Assembly: GCA_022821875.1 (NCBI GenBank)
Contig: JAJECV010000006.1
Coordinates: 98,886 to 162,885, forward strand
DNA: 64,000 nucleotides
Reading direction: 5' to 3'
From: Rhodothermales bacterium
GTDB taxonomy: Bacteria > Bacteroidota > Rhodothermia > Rhodothermales > Bin80
Both the position numbers and the translations under genes were made by a program. Shown piece after piece: positions 55,896-64,000 of this stretch. The notes under the pieces are model-generated. The model ran no database searches, was not told where the DNA came from, and worked only from the letters and a program-made list of their open reading frames with translations. How positions within the stretch are numbered: the first letter of the stretch is position 1; every line of letters begins with the position of its first letter.

Positions 55896-56658
55896 GGTGT
55901 TTGAGGCCGAAAGACAACGGTTTGTTAAAGCGCTGCGGTCACTGGACCTGCAGACGACAGTTGTGCTCACACTCTGTGCGCTGCTCATGATCCTCACCTT
56001 CAAATTTGGAAGTCGGGATTTCTTTTTAGAGTACATTGTCTCCAATGGGAGCAGGTTACAGTCGTGGGGATGGTGGTTTGCAATTCAGGGAGTGACGGGG
56101 TTTTTGATCCCGGTTCTGGTTCTGATCCTTGGGTTCCGCAAAAAACCTGCCATGATTGGGCTAGGACTGGGAGACTGGAAACTAGCACTGACTGTCTTTG
56201 CTGCCTATATGCCCATCGTTCTCATTGGAACCTGGATACTCTCGGATGGAAGAACTTTTCAGGTGGAGTATCCACATTACCGAGGGGCAGTGGACGCATG
56301 GTCTATTTTTGCAATCTATCATGCCGCCTTTCTCTTATACTGGATCGGCTGGGAGTACCTTTGGAGAGGGTTTATGCTGTTTGGAACAGCGCATACGTTT
56401 GGCGTACATGCCATCTTTGTTCAGGCACTGCCCTTTGCCCTACTGCATGTACATAAACCGGCCGCTGAACTATTTCTCTCACTATTGGGGGGGATTGTTC
56501 TGGGCGCACTGGTTTGGCGCTGCCGCTCTTTCTGGGTTGCCGTGCCGATTCATGCTATGCAGATGCTTGCGCTGGATTTCTGGTGTGCGCTCCGCATTCG
56601 CACGGGGGCGAGTGGATTCGGGCTTGAGGCATTACGTGCGGCGCTGTCCGGGGTGTGA
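55882..56658 (+). CDS. CPBP-family intramembrane glutamic endopeptidase (CAAX protease-like)
   Basis: WEYLWRGF (EExxxR-type motif 1) and PFALLHV (motif with His), with multiple TM helices. The GTG start overlaps the peptidase stop. Confidence 0.65.
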   Translation: MIRSRVFEAERQRFVKALRSLDLQTTVVLTLCALLMILTFKFGSRDFFLEYIVSNGSRLQSWGWWFAIQGVTGFLIPVLVLILGFRKKPAMIGLGLGDWKLALTVFAAYMPIVLIGTWILSDGRTFQVEYPHYRGAVDAWSIFAIYHAAFLLYWIGWEYLWRGFMLFGTAHTFGVHAIFVQALPFALLHVHKPAAELFLSLLGGIVLGALVWRCRSFWVAVPIHAMQMLALDFWCALRIRTGASGFGLEALRAALSGV

Positions 56659-56811
56659 TATCAGGGGAGTTTGCAGTATAGGAGTGAAGTTCACGCATCG
56701 AATCAGAAAACGCACCCCCGTACATTGAACAGACACATTTTTGGTCCGATGAATTCCGCCAAGTTCACGGTCGCCGGACAGGTAGCCATGTCCGATCTGT
56801 AACCGGATGCT

Positions 56812-57828
56812 CTATTCCAGCGAAAGTCCGGCTTGATCCAGAAGCAGACCATTGCGGAGATCCTCCTCACGCAGAAATGATTCCAGCGGGCTTCCGGTAA
56901 GGTATCGCACCTGGAATCCGGTTTGCCGGATCGACTCCTGGAATTGCGGACGCCTGGATAGATTCCAGACGGCGGTACGTAGAAGTTCCAGTCGTGCATC
57001 GGGCACTTGTTTTGGAGTTGCAAGCGCAAACCAGCGGCCCACAGATTCGTAATCAATCCCGGATTCCTTGAGTGTTGGGATCGCAGGTGCAGCCGGAAGA
57101 CGTTTGCCGGACATGGTTGCCAGAACTTTTACTTGTCCTGCTTGGTGGAGTGAGTCAACAGCAGAGAATGGGGCGATGACTATATCAGTGCTGTCGGCCA
57201 GCAAATACTGCAATGCAGATACCGGTCCCGGTCTGGGTTGCCAGAGCAGGGCCGATTCCTCAAGTCCTGCGGCATCAAGAAATCCGACCCGGCTTAGATC
57301 CCATAGACCGCCAAAGCGGGAGCCGCTTGCCGTCCAGTTTTCTGGATACGCCCTGAGATCTGTAACGAGGTCGTGGATTGTATTCCAGGGGGCATCCTGA
57401 CGAACGGTGATCACAGGGGGATTTACAGCGATCAGCGCAATCGGAGAATACCTGCTGGCATCAACATACGTGAGCCCCGTCCAGTGCATGATTGAGATAT
57501 CTTCTGTGAGTACTCCCAGGGTATAGCCGTCCGCCTTGGACTGTACCAGAGAGGCATGGCCAATGAGTCCATTATTGCCGGCCTGATTGATGATAGCGAC
57601 AGGCTGGTTCAACTCCTTCTCAAGAGCACGGGCTAACGTACGCGACGCAAGATCCCCGTCCGTCCCCGCTTCCCAGGGTATGATATAACTCAGGGGCTGG
57701 TTTGGATATGCCTGTTCGATGCCAGAGGTCTGACAGGCACACAGGGCAATAAGCAGGAGGAGGCAGAGACCGCCTATTCGGTGATCATCCACCACTCCAC
57801 GGTGGCGCAATTCCGTTGGAGCGGGCAT
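56812..57828 (-). CDS. Tripartite tricarboxylate transporter substrate-binding protein (TctC/Bug family)
   Basis: YPNQPLSYIIPWEAGTDGDLASRTLARALEKELNQPVAIINQAGNNGLIG...ADGYTLGV family pattern. Lipobox-like LLIALCAC. The start is uncertain (TTG 57834, ATG 57828, GTG 57795). Confidence 0.72.
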   Translation of the reverse strand: MPAPTELRHRGVVDDHRIGGLCLLLLIALCACQTSGIEQAYPNQPLSYIIPWEAGTDGDLASRTLARALEKELNQPVAIINQAGNNGLIGHASLVQSKADGYTLGVLTEDISIMHWTGLTYVDASRYSPIALIAVNPPVITVRQDAPWNTIHDLVTDLRAYPENWTASGSRFGGLWDLSRVGFLDAAGLEESALLWQPRPGPVSALQYLLADSTDIVIAPFSAVDSLHQAGQVKVLATMSGKRLPAAPAIPTLKESGIDYESVGRWFALATPKQVPDARLELLRTAVWNLSRRPQFQESIRQTGFQVRYLTGSPLESFLREEDLRNGLLLDQAGLSLE

Positions 57829-58300
57829 AGGCAATCAACTGTCCCAGGTGCTCGTGGGTGTGTCCAGTAATGATTCCCAGAACTCCGTAATGGCTCATGG
57901 TCATACCGAAGACTTCCGCCGCACTAGTCAGATCGGCATCTGCCAAAGAATCCAGGAGTTCGCTTACATGGGCCTGCGAAGCTGCCAATCGTGCGATTGC
58001 ACCTTCCTTGGTCTCCGTATCGGATGCCTCGTAATCTGACTCGTGTCCCAGCATCGCTGCAATTCCAAAATTGGCATCGGATACGTGATTGAGTACGGAA
58101 ACGACCGAACGGACCCCTTCGGCAGGACTCCAGTCCATGTGATCATCAGGAATGGCCTCGGCCAGACTGTTGAGTTTCTCGGAAGCCTGGGAGAAATCCA
58201 TGGAGACAGCTTCCAGATAGGCACTGTTGTCGTGCTCCTGAGCAGTTGCCGGCAGAACTAGAGCGGCGGCAAGAAGAAAAAACGTGATATGTCGTAACAT
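57785..58300 (-). CDS. DinB-family (DinB_2) four-helix-bundle protein, secreted
   Basis: Signal peptide plus MDWSPAEGVRSV...LNHV...GHTHEHLGQLIAYAR His triad pattern. Confidence 0.65.
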   Translation of the reverse strand: MLRHITFFLLAAALVLPATAQEHDNSAYLEAVSMDFSQASEKLNSLAEAIPDDHMDWSPAEGVRSVVSVLNHVSDANFGIAAMLGHESDYEASDTETKEGAIARLAASQAHVSELLDSLADADLTSAAEVFGMTMSHYGVLGIITGHTHEHLGQLIAYARSNGIAPPWSGG

Positions 58301-58349
58301 GAGAATGTAAAATTAGGTGGACTGCCTAATATAATAAAAATTTTGTTAT

Positions 58350-59924
58350 TCATTGCAATTCACGAAGGCGTTGCTCCGTTACCATGTCGGCTACGTCATC
58401 CAGGAGTGCTTTCGCATCGTAGATGATCCCGTCCTTGATCGTGTAATCCACTCCTCCTGTGAATTCAGTTTCGCCGGTTTCATCGTTGAGTTTCATTGCA
58501 CCTGTGCCATAGAGCACCTTGAAATTTGCCAGCGGATTCTCACTCACGATCAGAAGGTCTGCCCGCATACCTGAGCGGATTACGCCGTATTCAATGGGTT
58601 TCTGAAGTGGCTTATGAATTTCCATTGCTCCGTGCATGGTCGCTGCACGGACCACTTCCAGGGGATGAAATCCCGCCTCTTGGAGCATTTCCAGTTCAAG
58701 GATTGTACCGAACCCGTAGAGTTGATAGATGTAACCGCTGTCACTGCCAACGGTCACTTTCCCGCCGCGATTCTTGTATTCGTTCAGGAACTGCATCCAG
58801 ACCTGATAAAATTTTTTCCAGGCAATCTCGTCATGGGTTGTCCAGTCAAAGAAGTAAGATCCATGATCGGTGCGGCTGGGGCTGAAAAACTCATCAAGGC
58901 TTCCCAGCAGGTATTTATCAAACCAATCTGCATTCCGGGCGCGCATCACATCACGGCCGGCCGAATAAATGGTCATGGTGGGATTGATATAGTAGTCAAG
59001 TTCCAGGAACTCATCCATCACCGCATTCCAGCGTTCTCCCCGGGGGGTAACCAGGGACCATTGTCGTGCAACCTGTCCAAACCGCATCTGCTCGTCATTA
59101 TAGTCCATGCCCACCGGCCAGGGCTGAACATCATGCCGGTCATAGAGGGCTTCAAAGAGCCCGTAGAAATGAGTCATGCTTCCGAGCCCGAGCCGGGCGG
59201 CATCCAGCGCATTCATCTGTACAATTCCCATTTGTCCGAGATGTGCAGTAGAGCCAAGATTACATCTGGCTGCCTCCTCCAGCAGTGCAGCCATAATCTC
59301 CGGCCGGTAGGCCCCAAGTTTCAGGCCATCGACACCGGATTCTGCGGCGAACTGCACCCAGGCGCGTGCAGTTTCCGGTGTTGTGACCGGTCCCTGATCC
59401 CATCCGCTGCCCGGTCGGTGATAACTGACCATATGGGGAGCCGTGATCTCGTTTCTGGCGCTCCGTTCCCTTTCCTGCAAGGACCAGTCAAATCCACCGA
59501 AGGCGACCCCGCGCACCGTTGTGATTCCATGTGCAAGCCAGAGCTTGTAGATATACTCTGCTTCGGGAGTCTTGGGGGTTCCCCCTGTGTGTGCGTGCAG
59601 GTCCACAATGCCGGGCATGATGTATTTGCCATGCGCCTCCATCTCACGGGTTGCTCCACCGGGCCGCCTCTCGGGATTAATGGCGACTCCGGGTACCCCG
59701 ACACTGTGGACCCCCACAATCCGGTTGCCTTCAATCACAATATCCATCGGGGTGCGGGGTGGCGCTCCCGTCCCGTCAATGACGGTGGCTCCGCGAATAA
59801 TTAGTCGTTCAAACGGCCCTTCCCCTTCGGTTCGGTCTGGCGCAGGTGCAACCTGTGCAGCGGCAAACCGGGAGGCCTGAATCAGTAGAAACAGGAGTAC
59901 AGAGAGAATGAATGAATAACGCAT
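58350..59924 (-). CDS. Amidohydrolase-family metal-dependent hydrolase, secreted
   Basis: The start at MRYSFILSVLLFLLIQA (ATG 59924) gives a signal peptide. HxH motif GIVDLHAHTGG. Confidence 0.72.
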   Translation of the reverse strand: MRYSFILSVLLFLLIQASRFAAAQVAPAPDRTEGEGPFERLIIRGATVIDGTGAPPRTPMDIVIEGNRIVGVHSVGVPGVAINPERRPGGATREMEAHGKYIMPGIVDLHAHTGGTPKTPEAEYIYKLWLAHGITTVRGVAFGGFDWSLQERERSARNEITAPHMVSYHRPGSGWDQGPVTTPETARAWVQFAAESGVDGLKLGAYRPEIMAALLEEAARCNLGSTAHLGQMGIVQMNALDAARLGLGSMTHFYGLFEALYDRHDVQPWPVGMDYNDEQMRFGQVARQWSLVTPRGERWNAVMDEFLELDYYINPTMTIYSAGRDVMRARNADWFDKYLLGSLDEFFSPSRTDHGSYFFDWTTHDEIAWKKFYQVWMQFLNEYKNRGGKVTVGSDSGYIYQLYGFGTILELEMLQEAGFHPLEVVRAATMHGAMEIHKPLQKPIEYGVIRSGMRADLLIVSENPLANFKVLYGTGAMKLNDETGETEFTGGVDYTIKDGIIYDAKALLDDVADMVTEQRLRELQ

Positions 59925-59928
59925 GGGA

Positions 59929-60699
59929 TCAGATCTGTGAAAATGGAAGTGCTCGAAGGATAAAGTCGGTAATATTGGAAACCGTATCTGCATAGGCCGG
60001 GTTGTCCCGCAGTCTGATCCACTCTGGATCCACGATAAACCGGTCCCATGCAGCATCCCGATCAGACATGCTTTCAAAGCCCAGCATGTAGGTAAGATTG
60101 GGCATTTGTGGTCCAAAAATTGTCTCGCCAAAAAATACGGGAGCTAACCCTGTCTTATGGAAAATTGCAATCTCACCACCTTCGTTGAACATGTCAATCT
60201 TTTTTTGCCCTGCAGTCACGCTGTGACTTTCGTAGATGCGCAGTTCAAAGATCCGGTCAGTCCCGTTTACGGGGGTTGCAACTTGAGGCATGTCCAGAAA
60301 AGCGTGCATGAGTTGACGCTCCTGACGAATATAGGACGGATCCTCCAGTGAGGCATTCAGGAAGGAGTTCCCGGAACGTAGAAATTCCGTGTCGTCCAGA
60401 AGCAGGGTACTTCCACGCAGCGCTGTTTCGATACTTTGATGAGGCACCAGAATATAGAGAGAAGGATGATTTGGGCCGTATAAGGGGGTGAAGACCCCAA
60501 TGGGGCCAATCCCTAATCGGCCATACGCGGGCAATGCCGCATCTTCATAAAAATCAGCGACACGCGACTTTCGAGGGCCGACGTTCGTATGATACGTGAT
60601 CATCTCAAAGTATTGACGCTGATAGGGGTCGGTGTGCGGAACTGCAAAGGGTGCAGTTGCGGCGAATGGGATGGAAGACATAAATGAACGACGATGCAT
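59929..60699 (-). CDS. NIPSNAP-family protein with a twin-arginine-like signal
   Basis: [19 protein letters not shown] signal. Two NIPSNAP-like halves (YFEMITYHT..., IFELRIYES...). Confidence 0.6.
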   Translation of the reverse strand: MHRRSFMSSIPFAATAPFAVPHTDPYQRQYFEMITYHTNVGPRKSRVADFYEDAALPAYGRLGIGPIGVFTPLYGPNHPSLYILVPHQSIETALRGSTLLLDDTEFLRSGNSFLNASLEDPSYIRQERQLMHAFLDMPQVATPVNGTDRIFELRIYESHSVTAGQKKIDMFNEGGEIAIFHKTGLAPVFFGETIFGPQMPNLTYMLGFESMSDRDAAWDRFIVDPEWIRLRDNPAYADTVSNITDFILRALPFSQI

Positions 60700-62016
60700 A
60701 ACAGTAGGGGGTTTTACGAACCTAAAAATAGGGATTCCGAATTGATTGATGCAGCAAAAACGATTTTTTGCGCAGCGGTGGAGCGTGTGAGTGCACCCCG
60801 ATTGATGGAGTCGGTCGGAGATTTACAGCTTACCGGGGCGTGCCGTGTTGTAGGAGCGGGGAAGGCAGCAATGGCAATGGCGGCGGCTCTGGAGCAGAGA
60901 TTCCCCGATTATTCACTGGAGGGGCAGGTGGTGGTACCGCATGGTTATATGGACTCGTTCCCGAAAGATTTGTCGCCTCCCAGAACGATCCGCGTAACGG
61001 AAGCAGGACATCCGGTCCCGGATGAGGGGAGCCAGAAGGCTGCCGCAGATGCGCTCCGAACGGCTCAGGCCTGCGGGGAGGGGGATACGCTCATCGTTCT
61101 TTTAAGTGGTGGTGCCTCGGCATTGTGGAGTCTCCCGTCTTTTGGCCTCACGCTGCAGGATTTGCAGACGGTGAATCAATCACTGTTGCACAGTGGTGCA
61201 AAGATCCATGAGATCAATGCAGTCCGCAAACATCTGTCGGCAATCAAGGGAGGGCAGCTTGCCAAGGCAGCATGGCCTGCACGTATCATTACGCTAGCCA
61301 TATCGGATGTCATTGGGAACCATAGATCGATCATTGGAAGCGGCCCGACTGTTGCAGATCCGACAACCTGGGAGAATGCAATAGCGGTTGTCCAACATTT
61401 TGATCTACAGATTCCCGCTGCAGTACAGGAGCATCTGAATCTTGGACTTGATGGAGGGCAGCCTGATACTCCTAAGCCGGGATCCAAATTGTTGGAGATG
61501 TCGGAGTACCAGTTGTTGGCATCAAATGAGGATGCACTGCGAGCAGCGCAGTTTGCAGCAAAGGGTATGGGGTATCATGTAACCATTGTGGATTCCGGTA
61601 TCTGCGGTGAAGCGCGGGATATTGGCGTGCTCAAGGCCCGGGAGACTTTGAGATTAGATCCATGGGACTGCATCCTCTGGGGAGGCGAAACGACGGTTAC
61701 GGTGCAGGGCAGCGGCAAAGGTGGTCGTAATCAGGAATTGACACTTGCCGCAGCGTGTGAGTTCAAGGATAAACCGATTCAGGCAGTACTGCTCTCCGGC
61801 GGCACCGACGGGATTGATGGGCCAACGGATGCGGCGGGGGGATGGGTTACTCCTGATACTGTGGCAAAAGCACGCTCTGCCGGTGTGGATCCTTATGAGG
61901 CATTAGAGCAGAATGACGCGTATCATTGTCTGAAAGCGGTGGATCAACTTCTGGTCACCGGCCCAACGCACACGAACGTAATGGATATAGGTGTTATACT
62001 GCGAGCCCATGAGTAA
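60694..62016 (+). CDS. Glycerate 2-kinase / hydroxypyruvate reductase-like protein (DUF4147 + MOFRL)
   Basis: [12 protein letters not shown] and [20 protein letters not shown] motifs. The start is uncertain (ATG 60694 or TTG 60742). Confidence 0.75.
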   Translation: MHNSRGFYEPKNRDSELIDAAKTIFCAAVERVSAPRLMESVGDLQLTGACRVVGAGKAAMAMAAALEQRFPDYSLEGQVVVPHGYMDSFPKDLSPPRTIRVTEAGHPVPDEGSQKAAADALRTAQACGEGDTLIVLLSGGASALWSLPSFGLTLQDLQTVNQSLLHSGAKIHEINAVRKHLSAIKGGQLAKAAWPARIITLAISDVIGNHRSIIGSGPTVADPTTWENAIAVVQHFDLQIPAAVQEHLNLGLDGGQPDTPKPGSKLLEMSEYQLLASNEDALRAAQFAAKGMGYHVTIVDSGICGEARDIGVLKARETLRLDPWDCILWGGETTVTVQGSGKGGRNQELTLAAACEFKDKPIQAVLLSGGTDGIDGPTDAAGGWVTPDTVAKARSAGVDPYEALEQNDAYHCLKAVDQLLVTGPTHTNVMDIGVILRAHE

Positions 62017-64000
62017 CCGTCTTGCTTCCGAAAAAAGCCCTTACCTGCTTCAGCATAAAGATAACCCCGTGGATTGGTGGTCCTGGGGGGAGGAAGCCTT
62101 CGAGAGAGCCCGGGAATCCAATCGTCCGATCTTTTTATCCATTGGGTATGCGACCTGTCACTGGTGCCATGTAATGGAGCGGGAGTCGTTTGAGGATGTG
62201 GAGGTAGCCCGCTTGCTCAATGAGACTTTTGTCAATATCAAGGTTGATCGTGAGGAGCGCCCTGATATTGATGCCATCTACATGAATGCATGTCAGATTG
62301 CTACAGGGCGTGGCGGTTGGCCGTTGACGGTCATCATGACTCCCGCCATGCGCCCTTTTCTTGTGGGGACCTATTTCCCGAAGACTGCACGCTATGGTCA
62401 GGATGGGATGTTGCAGATCATCCCCAGGGTTGCAGAGGCATGGCAAAAAAATCGTCATCATACCGAGGAGACCGCAGATGAGTTTGTACGGGCGCTGGAA
62501 ACGTCATCGGAATTGGATTTATCGGGAGCGGAACTCTCCGAAGACACACTCCATCAGGCATATCGGCATTTTGAGCAGCAGTATGATTCAATGAAAGGCG
62601 GGTTTGGGGCTGCCCCCAAATTTCCATCTCCAGTGCGGCTTCGATTTCTACTCCGCTACTGGCACCGAACGCAAACTCCCAAAGCGCTCGAAATGGTGGA
62701 GCATACTCTCCTGCAAATGCGGTGTGGAGGGATCTATGACCAGTTGGGGGGCGGCTTTCATCGCTACAGCACGGATAAGGAGTGGAGGGTGCCTCATTTT
62801 GAGAAGATGCTCTATGATCAGGCACTGTTGATTCTTACCTACCTGGAAGCCTATCAGGTGACCGATGAGTTTGAATATCTTCGAACGATTTATGATACAG
62901 TTCAGTACGTGAATCGTGAGTTAAAGCATCGTGACGGCGCATATTTCACGGGAGAGGATGCAGATTCTGAAGGTGTTGAGGGGAAATACTATATATGGGA
63001 GGAGGGAGAAATCCGCAGTTTGCTGCGGGAAGATGAAGGATACTATGAGTTTGCGGATGTATTCCATCTGTGTGATACAGGCAACTATCTGGACGAATCG
63101 ACGCAGAGGCGGACGGGAAAGAATATTCTCTATCGTTTTCCCGCGTTTCCTCTTGCAGACAGTGCATTTTTGGAGGATGCCTGTGAGAGGTTGCTTAGGC
63201 ATCGGTCAAAAAAGCGGGTTCGCCCCCTTCTGGATGACAAGGTGCTGACCGATTGGAATGGGCTCATGATTACAGCAATTGCCCGGGCTGGAATCGTACT
63301 GGAAGGCAGGGAGTACATTCAGCAGGCAGAAAACTGTGTGCGCTTTATTGAGAAAAATCTGATGCCGGTATCGGGCAGACTCCTCCACCGGTGGCGGGGT
63401 GGAGAGGCGGCGATTGAAGGGATGCTGGATGACTATGCGTATATGATTATGGGATTACTGACCCTGTATGAAGCCACCGGCAGGGAGCATTATTTAACGC
63501 TCGCCCGGCAGTTCACCCAGACGGTTCTGAATGATTTCAGATCGGAGAGGGGGGATTTTTTCATGGTCAGGCGTGACGGGGAGCCGCTTCTGTTCCGGCC
63601 CAGACAGTCCTTTGACAACGCAATCCCCTCCGGCAATGCCGTGATGGTGATGAACCTGTTTCGTCTGGCCCGTATTACGGGGGATCCCGATCTGGAAGCG
63701 GTCGGGCATCAATGCATGGGGGTATATTCGGCGGGGCTTTCAAAGTATCCGGATGGATTCAGCATGATGCTGTCAGCGCTTGATTACGGAATGGGGCCGA
63801 GCACAGAGATTATTGTTTCCGGGGATCAGGGCAAGCCCGAAACCAGAGCAGCATTATCCGCACTTAGGAGTGTATATGCTCCCCATGCGGTGATCCTTTC
63901 GCGTCCGGGTTTTGGCGGTACAGGCGAGTTTGCGATCCATGTGTGCCATGGATCTACATGTGAACTCTCCACGCGGGATACGAAAGCGGTCATCGCCCGT
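62009..64000 (+). CDS. Thioredoxin-domain protein of the YyaL/DUF255 family (3' partial, runs off the window)
   Basis: Not in the ORF track because no stop is reached. ATG 62009 gives [31 protein letters not shown]...[20 protein letters not shown]...[12 protein letters not shown], and the frame stays open to 64000. Confidence 0.82.
   Translation, partial: MSNRLASEKSPYLLQHKDNPVDWWSWGEEAFERARESNRPIFLSIGYATCHWCHVMERESFEDVEVARLLNETFVNIKVDREERPDIDAIYMNACQIATGRGGWPLTVIMTPAMRPFLVGTYFPKTARYGQDGMLQIIPRVAEAWQKNRHHTEETADEFVRALETSSELDLSGAELSEDTLHQAYRHFEQQYDSMKGGFGAAPKFPSPVRLRFLLRYWHRTQTPKALEMVEHTLLQMRCGGIYDQLGGGFHRYSTDKEWRVPHFEKMLYDQALLILTYLEAYQVTDEFEYLRTIYDTVQYVNRELKHRDGAYFTGEDADSEGVEGKYYIWEEGEIRSLLREDEGYYEFADVFHLCDTGNYLDESTQRRTGKNILYRFPAFPLADSAFLEDACERLLRHRSKKRVRPLLDDKVLTDWNGLMITAIARAGIVLEGREYIQQAENCVRFIEKNLMPVSGRLLHRWRGGEAAIEGMLDDYAYMIMGLLTLYEATGREHYLTLARQFTQTVLNDFRSERGDFFMVRRDGEPLLFRPRQSFDNAIPSGNAVMVMNLFRLARITGDPDLEAVGHQCMGVYSAGLSKYPDGFSMMLSALDYGMGPSTEIIVSGDQGKPETRAALSALRSVYAPHAVILSRPGFGGTGEFAIHVCHGSTCELSTRDTKAVIAR

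Noticed and set aside
58614-59804. 396-aa plus-strand ORF.
   Set aside because: It is antisense to the amidohydrolase gene, which has the HxH motif and a signal peptide.

Overview
A 64-kb chromosomal window of about 50% GC. By gene content it looks like the FCB group (Bacteroidota, Balneolota or Rhodothermota), a low-confidence guess. Most of it is housekeeping: two-subunit aconitase X, rocF, panC, rlmN, ctaA/ctaB, glmM-like, groES-groEL with a perfect CIRCE operator, mutY, rsmE, secG, RNase P RNA, rpiB, serA, and M16 and S9 peptidases. Four accessory insertions interrupt it. (1) 2.9-4.4 kb: a head-to-tail array of ~320-nt structured repeats. Each unit ends in a terminator-like hairpin with compensatory base changes, and the array runs straight into a DUF3800 gene. 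This is my top candidate for an undescribed RNA-protein system, with a type III toxin-antitoxin-like layout but units about ten times longer. (2) 6.0-7.6 kb: a stand-alone TnpB with an intact RuvC triad and no TnpA. (3) 9.5-23.2 kb: a defence island. It holds a NucS/DUF91-like nuclease protein, a DUF4143 AAA+ ATPase translationally coupled to a 1412-aa P-loop NTPase with a C-terminal PD-(D/E)xK-like module, and a tightly packed type I-U/I-G-like effector operon (csb1-csb2-cas3-short cas8u-like). That operon has no cas1/cas2/cas4 and no CRISPR array anywhere in the window. (4) 32.2-33.8 kb: a two-gene DUF4365 cassette. There is also a modular, duplicated locus resembling a polymorphic-toxin locus (43.3-48.2 kb) and a 1.5-kb tandem segmental duplication (51.7-53.9 kb). 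I found no tRNA, rRNA, integrase or bona fide CRISPR array. All family assignments rest on motif recognition by eye; no searches were run.
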